From positions 1 through 45,082 of the IMG/VR virus record IMGVR_UViG_3300029318_000014: a DNA stretch of 45,082 nucleotides; one strand, written 5' to 3'. Numbering within the stretch: the stretch's first letter is position 1; each line of letters begins with the position of its first letter. The position numbers and the translations under genes were made by a program. The notes beneath the pieces were generated by a model. The model worked only from the letters and a program-made list of their open reading frames with translations. It made no database searches and was not told the DNA's origin. This document shows positions 25,463-37,200 of the stretch, piece by piece. Source of the stretch: a virus (taxonomy: Duplodnaviria; Caudoviricetes).

Positions 25463-28400
25463 ATGCCATCAAATACTAATGTAAACAATAACTCTGCCGT
25501 TGTTGTTGTCGGCAGAACTGCTCCAGTACCAACTGGTCAGCAATCAGCGGCAAAATCAATTCCAGTCGTTGTCGCCTCTGACCAGGAAGCGATTCCAGTT
25601 GAGGAACAGAATAAGCAACAATCGGAAGTTGCCCTATCTCTGCTTGGTATTCCTAGATCAGAAGTTGCTCTGGGTATCTTTGCAGACGTTAACACCTATG
25701 ATGTTAACCCATCTGAATGGTCAGCAGAACCAGTTCAGTTAAGAACTGTCTTAGCAAATGAGCGTGATGATTTTACTGGATTCCTTGGTGATCAGGATTG
25801 GGGATTAAGTCATGTGCCTGCAGAAGCAGGAGCACTTATTGAAGCACCTGCTACTGAGTTTGCAGTCCTTACCTCAAAGAGATTCTTCAGATATCAACCA
25901 GGTCGTGTATCTGCTGGTACGTTTGGTGTTAAGTTTGGTCGTTCTCCGATCACTTCAATTACATCAAATGGTGATTTTCCAACTGGAACTAACCAGCAAG
26001 ATTATATGCTGTCCATTAAGGATCACCAGGTACGTCACCCATCAATTAAGAAGTATGGTGTATTTGATAACTTTGATGGTTACTACTATGAGAGTATTAA
26101 CGAAAGTATTGGTGATAACTTCTGCTGTGTAAGAAGAACACAATCACTGATTCAACAGAAGTCACAATACTTCTTCTTCGATCCTAATAATCCAAACAAT
26201 CCTAAGCAATATGCAGACAAACAGTATGATGACTATGGTAACTTTGAGATCCCAGGTATTTACTACAAGTATCATGGAGATTCTGTTATCCTGCGTGATG
26301 GATTAGTTAATATCCATGCAGGTCTGTTTGATCCTTCTCTCCTCAAAGAAAAGAGAGAGATTGATATTGCACAAATCAATGGTAATACTAGCGGTGGAGA
26401 AATTATTCTCGACACTGTTGAGTATGACATCGCTGATTTTACTTACAATAATGTAACTGGTAGAGCAACTGTTACTACTGTTGGTGATCATGGATTTAAA
26501 GATGGTGATAGTGTTACTCTGAAAGACATTATGCTTTCATGTAATACTGGTCAGAAATTATATCCTAATAAGTATTCTAGAAAGCACTTCAAAGTAGAAA
26601 GTGTATCCAGTAATGAAATTGTTGTTCATGTTGGTATCTCCAACTTTGATGGTCAAGGTCCATTCACATCTGATGCAGGTCTTTCTGGAGGAAAGGTAGA
26701 GCAAACATCTGTTACTGAAACAACACTTACTCTTGAGGATGTATCTAAGGTTGTAAATTCTGGTGGATCAGCTGGATCTGATGTTGTACAACTCCAACTC
26801 ACATTTGATGGAGATCATGGAGTAATAGAAGGTGATTATATTCGTCTTAATGATATTAACTGGGACAATGGTGGATCTCCTTTAGAATGGCCACAAGCAT
26901 CAAATACTAATCACCAACACATCTTCCAAGTAAGAAGAGTTATTAACAGCGAACAACTTGTAATTCTTATTGGTGATGCAGCATTCTCAGGTCTTCCTGA
27001 CGCTGCTACCTTTGACAATGTTACTGGTGCTGTTGCAACCAGAATTAATAGCAGAGTTTATGCAAGTGCAAATAGTATCAATGCTGTAAGTTATGTACCT
27101 GCAACAGGTAAAATGACTATTAACTTTGGTAGTAACGCTGCTGCTCTTGGTTATGTAACAGGTCAAACCATTCGCATTTCAGATATTGAAACTTCATGTA
27201 GTTATAACAAGGCACAAGGAGCAGGGTCTCATACACTTGCAAAACCTTCTAAAACTTATCCTGCTAAAGATGACGAAGATACTTTCCCAATTAGCAATGT
27301 TACTAGCAATAGTTTCACGTTTGAGTTGTTCCAATCAACCATCGTTCATACCTATCGAGGTGGTGGTAGAGTAACTAACTTAGGTCTTAGAAAGGGTTCC
27401 TCTGTATACTATTATAAGAATGGTCAAAACACTAATGGTGTTGATGGTGGTATTTACTACGTCCATGATATTATTGGACCAAAAGTAAAACTCACACTAT
27501 GTCCAACTAATGGTGATAATACTTCACCATTTAGTGCTTCTAAGTTAGTACCGTTTGAGTTCAATACTAATGCAAGTTCTGATAATTATAAGTTAACTCC
27601 AACCACTGGAACAACTTATGATGCAACCACTGGTATCATGTCGATTACGACAACTGCTGCTCATGGATTAGTAACTGGTGATAAAGTTAGATTTGATGAT
27701 TTCTCATTAGGATTTACTTGTACTCTTGGTAGTGGGACTAAGTATTATCCAAGACCTAGTAACGCTAATCCTGCCGCTGGTCTGAGTCCTCTTGACCCAC
27801 TGCAAGGTAAGAATATTGCTGTAACTGTTACTTCAACTACAACATTTGAAGTACAAGTTCTGGCAGTTGTCCCTTCTTCTAATACAACTGTACATACCTT
27901 CGTTTATGGTTCTACTGCTAGTATTACTGTAGAGAAGTCAAGACCTTATCTGATTACACCAGCACCATTTATTCTTCCTGATACAGTTGATAATCAGTAT
28001 AATGGTACATTTAACTCTGCTGAACCTGATGACTTTGATTCTTGGACACTGAATGTATTCGGTGCATTCCCATATAGTTACACTTATGGTAACACAACGG
28101 TTGGTTACATCAAAACTGATGTTGCTGGATCAAGTCAACAGGATGCCTTACAACTTAAGAGTGAGATTGATTATGTAAATAATAATCTTCTGAAAGATTG
28201 GATTTACAACCATGTTAAACCAGAATACTGGAACGTATATGAGTACAGAGTACCACGTTCTAGATTCTCTGGTGAGAAGATTGATGGACAAGTTGATCAA
28301 GACGTTGTATACTCTGACGTAGTTTACTCTCAAGGATCTCAGAAGTTCCCTGGAGAAAATGTTCTTGACTCTGCAACTGGTTCTGGATTAACAAGATCTT

Positions 28401-29854
28401 CCAATTGGAATCTTAATCCTGAAAACGTTACCATGTACAAGATTGAATTCTCATGGTACGGCGCTGTTGGTGCTCTCTTCCTTGCATACGTCCCTCTGGA
28501 CTCTGGAGAGGCACGCTGGGTACGTGTACACCACCTTAGAGCATCTAACCAGTTGAAGGTCTCCTCACTTGGTAATCCGACGCTTCCTATCACCTATATG
28601 GTATATGGTGGTGGTACTGAAAGATCTTATGGTTATGTAAACGCAACCAAGCAAGAAAATTATATTTCTGGATCAAATTCACGTTCGGAATTCCTTGTTA
28701 AGTATGGTGCTTCATACTACATTGATGGTGGTGACCGTGGTACAGTTAGATTGTTTAACTATGCTACGCCAACAACTGAGGATGTTTATGGATCTAAGTT
28801 AACATTTGGTATTGCCGCTAATAAAGATTATACTGATGGTTCTGACTCTGTTGGTAAATTAGCTAATGTACCTTATCTTGATCTGAGTGGAGCAACAGTT
28901 GCTGGAAGTAATAATCTGACTGTATCTGACTACACATTCTATATGGGTGCAACTGTTGTTACTCCTAATAGAGATCCTGGTATCAAAGTTGTATGGGTAG
29001 ACAGTGCTAATGACAGAATTTATATTAACAGAACATTACCAACTGCTGCTGGTGGAACATACAATCTGATTCTCGACAGACCAAAAGTTCTTATTGGACT
29101 TAAGTGTAGAGAAGAAGTTAATAGTGTAAGAAACCGTATTCAGGTATATCCTACTAGATTGTCTATTGGTAACTCTGGTAATTTTGCAACCATCAAACTT
29201 GTTAAGAGTCCTGTATTCCAAACAGAGGATGTTGTTACTGGAACCTTTGAAACAACATATGATAAAGGTAATGCATTAAACATTGGATCTATTGGTAAAC
29301 CAGTAGCACTTGATAGTACGTTAATTAGTAACCAAACTTTCTTAAATGAACTTGGTAAGACATTTGGATACTTTAGAGGATTCTACGATGGTGATGCTGG
29401 TAATGAAATTACTGTCTTTGGTACTCTTCAAAGAGATGCTAGTGGAGTATATCTCTTTAATTCTTATGAGAAGACCAATGTTAATCTTCTTATCTTTGGT
29501 GACTTCTTGAGATCGGGTGAGTTCTACGAACCAAACCCAACCTCACTTAGTATCCCATCAACATATGCTCCAACGGATACTCCTCTTGCTGCACTCTCTG
29601 CTATTTCTATTAGCACTGAGCAAAGAACACCTATTCCAGGCACTGGTCAGCAAATCACAACGCTGTATACTCCTAGTAGCAGTGGCGAACAATTTGAGTT
29701 GCAACAATTCTTTGATTATAACAAGGATTATCTCTCATTCCCATTAACGAATGAAATTGAAACCCTATTTGTACTCGGTTCTGAGAACAATACATATAAT
29801 AGTGGAAATCCTGCAACTACGATTACTGCCGCTGTTACCTGGGAGGAACAATAA
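25463..29854 (+). CDS. large virion structural protein, YQPG paralogue A, with about four internal repeats (1463 aa)
   Basis: Motifs LTSKRFFRYQPGR.S..TFG, MYKIEFSWYGAVG, RWVRVHH, YGASYYIDGGD.G and C-terminal TWEEQ. Confidence 0.75.
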   Translation: MPSNTNVNNNSAVVVVGRTAPVPTGQQSAAKSIPVVVASDQEAIPVEEQNKQQSEVALSLLGIPRSEVALGIFADVNTYDVNPSEWSAEPVQLRTVLANERDDFTGFLGDQDWGLSHVPAEAGALIEAPATEFAVLTSKRFFRYQPGRVSAGTFGVKFGRSPITSITSNGDFPTGTNQQDYMLSIKDHQVRHPSIKKYGVFDNFDGYYYESINESIGDNFCCVRRTQSLIQQKSQYFFFDPNNPNNPKQYADKQYDDYGNFEIPGIYYKYHGDSVILRDGLVNIHAGLFDPSLLKEKREIDIAQINGNTSGGEIILDTVEYDIADFTYNNVTGRATVTTVGDHGFKDGDSVTLKDIMLSCNTGQKLYPNKYSRKHFKVESVSSNEIVVHVGISNFDGQGPFTSDAGLSGGKVEQTSVTETTLTLEDVSKVVNSGGSAGSDVVQLQLTFDGDHGVIEGDYIRLNDINWDNGGSPLEWPQASNTNHQHIFQVRRVINSEQLVILIGDAAFSGLPDAATFDNVTGAVATRINSRVYASANSINAVSYVPATGKMTINFGSNAAALGYVTGQTIRISDIETSCSYNKAQGAGSHTLAKPSKTYPAKDDEDTFPISNVTSNSFTFELFQSTIVHTYRGGGRVTNLGLRKGSSVYYYKNGQNTNGVDGGIYYVHDIIGPKVKLTLCPTNGDNTSPFSASKLVPFEFNTNASSDNYKLTPTTGTTYDATTGIMSITTTAAHGLVTGDKVRFDDFSLGFTCTLGSGTKYYPRPSNANPAAGLSPLDPLQGKNIAVTVTSTTTFEVQVLAVVPSSNTTVHTFVYGSTASITVEKSRPYLITPAPFILPDTVDNQYNGTFNSAEPDDFDSWTLNVFGAFPYSYTYGNTTVGYIKTDVAGSSQQDALQLKSEIDYVNNNLLKDWIYNHVKPEYWNVYEYRVPRSRFSGEKIDGQVDQDVVYSDVVYSQGSQKFPGENVLDSATGSGLTRSSNWNLNPENVTMYKIEFSWYGAVGALFLAYVPLDSGEARWVRVHHLRASNQLKVSSLGNPTLPITYMVYGGGTERSYGYVNATKQENYISGSNSRSEFLVKYGASYYIDGGDRGTVRLFNYATPTTEDVYGSKLTFGIAANKDYTDGSDSVGKLANVPYLDLSGATVAGSNNLTVSDYTFYMGATVVTPNRDPGIKVVWVDSANDRIYINRTLPTAAGGTYNLILDRPKVLIGLKCREEVNSVRNRIQVYPTRLSIGNSGNFATIKLVKSPVFQTEDVVTGTFETTYDKGNALNIGSIGKPVALDSTLISNQTFLNELGKTFGYFRGFYDGDAGNEITVFGTLQRDASGVYLFNSYEKTNVNLLIFGDFLRSGEFYEPNPTSLSIPSTYAPTDTPLAALSAISISTEQRTPIPGTGQQITTLYTPSSSGEQFELQQFFDYNKDYLSFPLTNEIETLFVLGSENNTYNSGNPATTITAAVTWEEQ
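26420..27930 (+). repeat. about four degenerate ~120 aa repeats (Y...TG...T....HG...GD.V...D....C......YP)
   Basis: Copies read TYNNVTGRATVTTVGDHGFKDGDSV, LTFDGDHGVIEGDYI, SYVPATGKMTINF...GYVTGQTI and TYDATTGIMSITTTAAHGLVTGDKV. Boundaries are approximate. Confidence 0.7.
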
Positions 29855-29857
29855 TAA

Positions 29858-32800
29858 ATGTCGGGAAACGAATTTGACGTAAAGATCGGTTATAATAAAA
29901 GAGCTGCTGCTACCAGAGATCTGACAACCACCCTCCAAGATATTGAGGGTGTACAACTTACAGATGAAACTGGGGCAGATCTTATTACCGAGGTTGAAGG
30001 ATTTGTTGTTTCTGAATTGACCTCAGAGAAGGCATTATCGATTGGACTGCCAACAGAAAAAAGAGTAGTTAATAAATTCTTCTCTTTTCTTTTTGGTGGT
30101 TCATTTGAGACCAAGAGAAGAGTACTTGATTCTGAAGGAAACATTCAAGTTGAATCATTTATCAGAATTACTGATCCAGATCCAACCTGGAAGTTTATCC
30201 AAAGGGGTTTTAAGATTGATGCTGCTACCTCTGACCCACAGTTTGAGGCAGATGGCGTTACTATTAAAGGGAATGCGTTTGAGTCATTTGTAGTTAAGAA
30301 TGTTATTGAAGAAGGTAATGTAGGACCGAATGGAGAATTTGTTGTAAGGTTTGATCTTGAAAGTGATCCAAAATTTGATGATGATAGTCCTGGCAGACAA
30401 CCTATTACTTACGTCAGGAGATTAGTAACTAAAGAAAGAACTGGTGTTCTTCCTATTGCAGAACAATTTGCTGCTACATCTGAGGTTAGTACTAGTTTAC
30501 TTGGTATTGATCGTGCAGAGACCCAATTAGGATTGTTCTCTAATGTATCAACATATGGATTTGATACAGATTCTTTTGTATTTTATACAGATAATCCTAG
30601 GAATGGTCCTCGTGTATGGGTCTATAGACAGAGTGCTTCAGGAGAATTTCATTATCCAGCACAAATTGAAGAGATTAAAAACGAGGGTGCATTAAGAATT
30701 GGATCTTATCCTGTCCCATATAACTTTCCTTATCCACCACTCTCACAAAATATTATTAATAATGTAGACGTTGCTGGTTTGTTCAATGCAACTAGTTGGG
30801 CAAAATGGCAAAACTGGTTGAAATTAGGCAAAACATTGTATGAGTATTATGTTGGTAGAAGAGATCAGCAAGTAGTTTCTTCTGATCCGAACTCAAACTA
30901 TGTAAAGTATGATGTCCTAAGTAAGAAATTTCTCCCTGCAATTAATATTTGGGATGATGATACTCACTATAATAGTATAAACTTTGGTAAGAATCAAGAT
31001 GCATACTATTTCCAGATATCAATTTGGACTGAAACTTGGCATAATATTCAGAAATCAGTATTACTTGACCCTGTATCTGGTCAACCAATTAACTTTACAT
31101 TTTTAGATACTATTGCATTAATGTTGAGAGGCACTGGTACTACGCTTGGTCTTAATGAGGGTAGTGTTGAAAGTGCAGGTGGTGTTGGACCTAATAGAAT
31201 TCTTAATCCATTTGAAGAGACCTGGATCAACACTCCATGGGCAGATAGTTCTGTATCTGGTGGTGAACCTGATCTGGTAGATTTTCGACCAGGATATGGT
31301 CCAACTGGTGGACACTTTGCACTGCTACAATCTAGACAGGCATTTAGATATCAACCTGGTCGTATCAGTGGTTATACCTTTGGTACAAGAGCAACATTAG
31401 AAAAGAACCAGGGTGATAACTACGCAGAATGGGGTATCTTCAATGACTTTGATGAATATGTATTCAGAAGAGAGGGTGCCAACTTCTTCATTGTAAGAAG
31501 ATCTAACATTAAATATCCAGTATCATTCTTGAAAGAAATTGGTGCGGTTGATGAACTGGGAAATGAAGATCCAGAAATCGTCACCAATTACACTAAAACA
31601 ATTGCTGGTAAATCTTATAATATGCAGGAAGTTAAACTTGGAAGAGAGAAGTTTAACGGTGATAGTTTGAATGGTAATGGTCCTAGTGGATATCTGTTGA
31701 CAACAGATGAAATCACGATGTACAAAATTGAGTTTGGTTGGTATGGTGCTATTGGTCTTAGATTATATGCATATGTACCTGTAGAAAATGGTAAGGCACG
31801 TTGGATCGTTGTTCATACCTTTGTTATTGAAAATAAACTGAATGTCCCATCAATGGGAGATCCATTCTTTAAATTTAAGTATGAAGTGAGAATTGGATCT
31901 GGTCAAGGTGCTGACCTTACTGAACCTCAACTTCTTTATAAGTATGGTACGTCGATGTATATTGATGGTGGTGATGAAGGTACAGTAAGTGTGTTTACTG
32001 AAACTTCTGATCCTAAACTTCTGCCATCATCTGGAGAGTTTACTTCTATTTTTGGTGTATATCCCAAGAAGAATATTGTTAGTGGTGGTGGAGATCTGAT
32101 TCCAAATAAAAAGATTATTATTCCTAAGCAGATGTCAATTACTGCAGATGGATTTGCTGAAATTAGTGTGTTTAAATGTCGTGGGTGTGTTGGTAGTCAG
32201 TTCTTATATCTTCCAAATGTACAGGCAGGAACATTTGGTGAAACTCGTAAACTGTTTAAAGCAAACATTAATGGACAGGATGAAACTGTCACCCTTGCAC
32301 CAATTGAAATTACTGCATCTGCTGCAGGAACTACAAACGCTGTAACTACTACTGATAGTGATGTACAATATTTACGTCCAGGTGATTATCTTTTAGATAC
32401 AGATATTAGTGGTGTTTTAGTCGCTGGTGCAGTGGCATCTAGAATTACTGCAATCAGTGAAAGTTCTGGTACGTACACTATTACTCTCGAAACTGGTGAT
32501 GATCAGTCATTTGCTAATGGTGCAACTGTTGTATTCCAACCAACATTTATCACCACAGATACTGAAAGAGCATTGTATGGATTAGACCACAATGATTTTA
32601 ATACCAAGATCATTTATCCTAATCTATACAACACATATCTTGGTAATATTAGATCTGGAGCACAGAATCAAACAGTTAATTTACTACAGTATATTGTATC
32701 CAATAAACATGAATTAATTACTGATAGAGTATTGAATCCTGCTAAAATTGTTCAGGATACTGTTAACTTTACTCCTGAAGATTTCTTTGGTAATCCAAAC

Positions 32801-34279
32801 ACAGATACATTTGATGTAAGATTGTCACAATTAAAAACTGTGGTTGCTTCACCAACTCCTGTATCTGGTCCCGTTGCGGCACTTAAATGGTTGAATGATT
32901 TTAATAGAGATGGACAACATAATGCTGATTGGAGAATGGGATTTACTCCAAACAAACCACTATTTGCTATTAATGGTGAACTTACTGGATGGGAAAGACC
33001 AAATGGTACAACAATTACTGAAGATAGAAATGGAACTCAAGTAAATGTGACTATCCTTCCTGAAGAAGAATATGTTTCATTAGATTGGCACCCATATCAA
33101 ACTTCTTTAAGTTCCCTTGGTTTTGAATCTGGTGAAGATTGGGCAGCATTAATTAGACCATTTACCGTAGATTTTAGAATTGGAACTCCTCCTGGATCTA
33201 ATAGTGGAAGATGTTCTGAAATGAGATTGAATAAGGAAGATCCAATCTCAGTATCAGTTACAGAAGTTCCTGCTGCAACTCTTCAAGCATTATCACCAAG
33301 TCAAACTGGTGGTGTTCCTCTTCAAAATTGGAGTGGATTCTCTACAGCATCAGAAATTGATAGTTATCTTGCGTCACATTCATTCTTCTTAACATCAACA
33401 TCACCAATTATTGGTGGAGCACGTAGTCCAAAGGGTGGACAGTTGGCACTTAATAAGAATAATGTATTTGATACTAATTTTTATAATTCTAATGGTGTTG
33501 CACAAGATGCTAGATTTACTGATGTACAGATTTCTTATCAAACTGTAGACAATCAAGCAAATACAATTACGAACTATATTGTTCCAATCAATTTGAGTAT
33601 TTACGGTTCTTTCACATCTGATGGAGTTACCCCAATTGTTCAAAATAATTCTGAGTTCTTAATTGCATACAATAAAGTTACTTTGAAAGCATGGTTCAGT
33701 GGTGGTGATAGATATGACTCACCTAATTCATATAGTACTGGACCTAGAAGTGATGGTATTTTTGAATTCAATGCATTCCCTCTATATCCATTTGCATTCA
33801 TGAGAGATAAGGGTAAGTTGTTATCCCTTGAAGTTCATAATACTGACTTGTTAGGAAATATTAGCACATACAATCCAGAGTGGAAATATACTTTTAAAGA
33901 TAGTAATCCTATGGTTACATATGATGCTGGAACTAATTTACAAACTGGACAAATTAATGCTAATGGTGTAGGTAGTAACAATCAAACACCAAATGGTATT
34001 GATGAACTTGTTCCAAGTGCATTTAGTCAAGTTACTAGATTATCATCTTCACAAATTGATAAGCAAGGTGAGTCACTGCTGAGACCAGGAGATAACCTAA
34101 CGACCCTATATATTAATAACGAAACTAAAACCTTTGACTTGACTGATGTTTTTGGATTTGATAGGAAGGTGATTACTCCAGACATCGTAAATACTGAAGC
34201 AGTATTTTTTGTAGGGAGATCTCTTGCAAATCAACCTGTAGATATTCAAGTCAACTTAACTTACATAGAACAATTATAA
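29858..34279 (+). CDS. large virion structural protein, YQPG paralogue B (1473 aa)
   Basis: Motifs SEVSTSLLGIDRAE, LQSRQAFRYQPGRISGYTFG, MYKIEFGWYGAIG, KYGTSMYIDGGDEG and C-terminal TYIEQL are collinear with 25463..29854. Confidence 0.75.
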   Translation: MSGNEFDVKIGYNKRAAATRDLTTTLQDIEGVQLTDETGADLITEVEGFVVSELTSEKALSIGLPTEKRVVNKFFSFLFGGSFETKRRVLDSEGNIQVESFIRITDPDPTWKFIQRGFKIDAATSDPQFEADGVTIKGNAFESFVVKNVIEEGNVGPNGEFVVRFDLESDPKFDDDSPGRQPITYVRRLVTKERTGVLPIAEQFAATSEVSTSLLGIDRAETQLGLFSNVSTYGFDTDSFVFYTDNPRNGPRVWVYRQSASGEFHYPAQIEEIKNEGALRIGSYPVPYNFPYPPLSQNIINNVDVAGLFNATSWAKWQNWLKLGKTLYEYYVGRRDQQVVSSDPNSNYVKYDVLSKKFLPAINIWDDDTHYNSINFGKNQDAYYFQISIWTETWHNIQKSVLLDPVSGQPINFTFLDTIALMLRGTGTTLGLNEGSVESAGGVGPNRILNPFEETWINTPWADSSVSGGEPDLVDFRPGYGPTGGHFALLQSRQAFRYQPGRISGYTFGTRATLEKNQGDNYAEWGIFNDFDEYVFRREGANFFIVRRSNIKYPVSFLKEIGAVDELGNEDPEIVTNYTKTIAGKSYNMQEVKLGREKFNGDSLNGNGPSGYLLTTDEITMYKIEFGWYGAIGLRLYAYVPVENGKARWIVVHTFVIENKLNVPSMGDPFFKFKYEVRIGSGQGADLTEPQLLYKYGTSMYIDGGDEGTVSVFTETSDPKLLPSSGEFTSIFGVYPKKNIVSGGGDLIPNKKIIIPKQMSITADGFAEISVFKCRGCVGSQFLYLPNVQAGTFGETRKLFKANINGQDETVTLAPIEITASAAGTTNAVTTTDSDVQYLRPGDYLLDTDISGVLVAGAVASRITAISESSGTYTITLETGDDQSFANGATVVFQPTFITTDTERALYGLDHNDFNTKIIYPNLYNTYLGNIRSGAQNQTVNLLQYIVSNKHELITDRVLNPAKIVQDTVNFTPEDFFGNPNTDTFDVRLSQLKTVVASPTPVSGPVAALKWLNDFNRDGQHNADWRMGFTPNKPLFAINGELTGWERPNGTTITEDRNGTQVNVTILPEEEYVSLDWHPYQTSLSSLGFESGEDWAALIRPFTVDFRIGTPPGSNSGRCSEMRLNKEDPISVSVTEVPAATLQALSPSQTGGVPLQNWSGFSTASEIDSYLASHSFFLTSTSPIIGGARSPKGGQLALNKNNVFDTNFYNSNGVAQDARFTDVQISYQTVDNQANTITNYIVPINLSIYGSFTSDGVTPIVQNNSEFLIAYNKVTLKAWFSGGDRYDSPNSYSTGPRSDGIFEFNAFPLYPFAFMRDKGKLLSLEVHNTDLLGNISTYNPEWKYTFKDSNPMVTYDAGTNLQTGQINANGVGSNNQTPNGIDELVPSAFSQVTRLSSSQIDKQGESLLRPGDNLTTLYINNETKTFDLTDVFGFDRKVITPDIVNTEAVFFVGRSLANQPVDIQVNLTYIEQL

Positions 34280-34282
34280 GAT

Positions 34283-37200
34283 ATGTCGATTAGAAATCCA
34301 GTCCTATTTGGGTTAAAGGTTGCATTTAACTTCTCTGATGCTCGATCTAAAATTCAATGTCTGACCAACTTAGGGTTAGACATTAGGGATTTGAATGTAA
34401 TTCGTGGTATCAATGAAAGTGTTGACAAACTCGATTTACAGAATGTATCTGGATTGGATGTCAATCTTACCAGGTATCTGGATCGCCTTAAAAGTGACAC
34501 TGGATTGTACTCTGGAATCGTAAATGAACTTGGAGGGTATCAGTATACCCTACAGGGTAATTTGGAGGCGTTTGGACCCCTCTCAGGGGGTGCTGTGAGG
34601 TTTAAATACATACCCAATGATAAAGGTACAGGACTCACTAAAAATGATTTAAAATTCGGTGACATTTCTACCTCCAGGGTTAGTTCTTGGAGTGGATCAT
34701 CATCTGATGAAACTGATGATGAGCAAGCAATTTCTTATGGTGCGTCTGTTCAGGTAAGAGGAACTGTTAAAGTAGGACAAAAAGGATCATTTACACCTGG
34801 TGCTACTGAGGCAACTATTAACGTATTAGATACACCAGAACCAATTAGATTTGCAACGGAAGTTGCTACAGATGTATTGGAAGTTGAATTGAATGGTAAT
34901 ACCAGGTACATCTATGCAATGCGTGGTATTCCTATCATCTTTACCACGGCATTTAAGAATGTCTCTATGGATTTTAAGTTCAATACAATCCCTAGTGGCA
35001 ACCCTGTTTTTACGTTACAAGCAACTGATGGATCTGAGGCAGAGATTCAATCAACACCACCTGTATCTGGTGGTACATCTAGATTGAGATATAACGGACC
35101 ATCATACAAAGAAAGATTTGTAAAAGTATATTATCCTCCTAATAATATTACTGGTATTACTGCTAAATCTCTGAACATTAGAGAGTTGCCAGCAGTTAAG
35201 TTCTTTGAGTTAACAGAAATTATAGTATCGGGTAATTTGATTGGTGAAATGCCTGATTGGAGAAGTATTACCTATGCTTATGATAGAGACGTAACAACTA
35301 ATTCTCCTGAATCAAATCTGACAACTATTAATCTTTCAAGTAATCCACTCAATCAAACTGATGATGAGGATTTAGAGTTCTTTGGAACTAATGTTGTAGA
35401 AAGGTTACCAAAGAAACTTACAACTTATTATGGAAATGGAACTTATAACGCACATACTACATTCAAAACAATCAATGAGTCATGTGCTCTTGTAGTCACT
35501 CAAAGTGAGTATAATAGTATTTCAGTTGATCCAACAACTAAGCAAACATATAATTTTTCTCAAACTCTCACATCTGGTGCTAGTAATGTTACAACTCACA
35601 TTGAGGGAATTTATTATGACAAACAGGTACACCCAATAACAGGTGCATATTATTTGTATATTAAAGAACCTGTAATTACCAAAGATTCTAGTTGGACTGC
35701 TGATAACCTTAAAACTGATGCTGAATGGAGAAATGCTTTTGCAGCCAATGGTATTAATAACTATGGTGAATATTTCTTACCATTAAATCTTGCAACTAGA
35801 TGTCCTAATTTACAAACCTTCCAAATGAGAAATGCCTCAGGAAGAAGGATTTATAAAAACACAAATACTAGAGGACCATTACCATCTGGTGCTACAAAAA
35901 ATATTGAATATCAAACCTCTCAAGAATATACACCAACTGTTGATCTAGAAACAATTAGGACTTATGATGTATATGATAATAACTATACTAAGTTATCTGA
36001 TATCTTTGTCAATCCTGGATCATATATTTCTGGATCAAGCACGCTAAAAACTTTCAATGTCTCAGAGAATGAGGGTTTAAGTGAACCAGCAGATAGTATT
36101 AACTTCTCTAAGATGACAGCAATTAGTAGTATCAGCATTACTGATACTGCTTTACCTATTCCTTCTGGTCTTGCAGGAAACTCTTCATTAAGTAGTTTGA
36201 GTTGTAGTTACACCAGATTTCCAGTAAGATCTCAATCTAATCCTATTGCATACAATATTCAGCACCCAAGTGGTGGTTATGTAGATGCTAATGGTGATGG
36301 TAATCCAAGTAACGCTACAAATCATTTGTTTAATACAAAATGGCCAACGTTAGAATCGGAGTATGCACTGACGGGATGTTCTAGTTTAAGTTCATTATCA
36401 TTCTATGCATCTAGATTGGATGGTATGATTCCAAAGTTTGTAGGAAATACAAATTTAAAATCTATCGATTTTAGATATACCTCTATTGAAGGTGGTAGAC
36501 CTAAAGATCCATCTGGTAATCTTTCTGGTAGAAGATATGTAATGTGGGATGATACATTTGAAGATGCTCAAGGTATGACTACCATTAGAATTAGAAGTGC
36601 TAATTTAGGTAGAAATATTGGTATCTATGATCCTGCTACACAAACCTACAGTCAAGCAGCATTTCAAGGAAGTACATTCAATCTTCCATTACTTACAACT
36701 ATTGAAATTGTTAGCACTAACAAACTACTTAGAGGCACCTTCTTTAACACTAGTGGTGCTCCTAACTTGGTTAAATTATATTCACCATCAAGTGGTTGGG
36801 GTTTAGATGTTCCAAATGGAGCACCAATACCATCATTTGGTAGTAATCCAAACCTTGAGCAAGTTAATTTAAGTGGCAACAACTTTAGTGGTAATATTGT
36901 ACTAACAGGTGCAGGGAAGTTAAGAGAATTCTATGTTAATAGTAATATCATTCAAGGTGTTGATCTTAACAATTTCTCAGGACTAGGTAATCTTCAATAC
37001 TTTATTGCTTCTAACAATCAAATGACGGGACAATTCCCGAACTTCAGTGTTGCTGCTCCAAACATTCAGTATATCTCTTTTGCAGATAATTTATATGGAA
37101 CAGCAGGTGCTGTTGCTCCATTCACAGCAGGATTGTTTAGTCAATGTACTAGATTAAGATCTCTTGACTTGTCAAATAATAGTATGAACTCAGGAACTGT

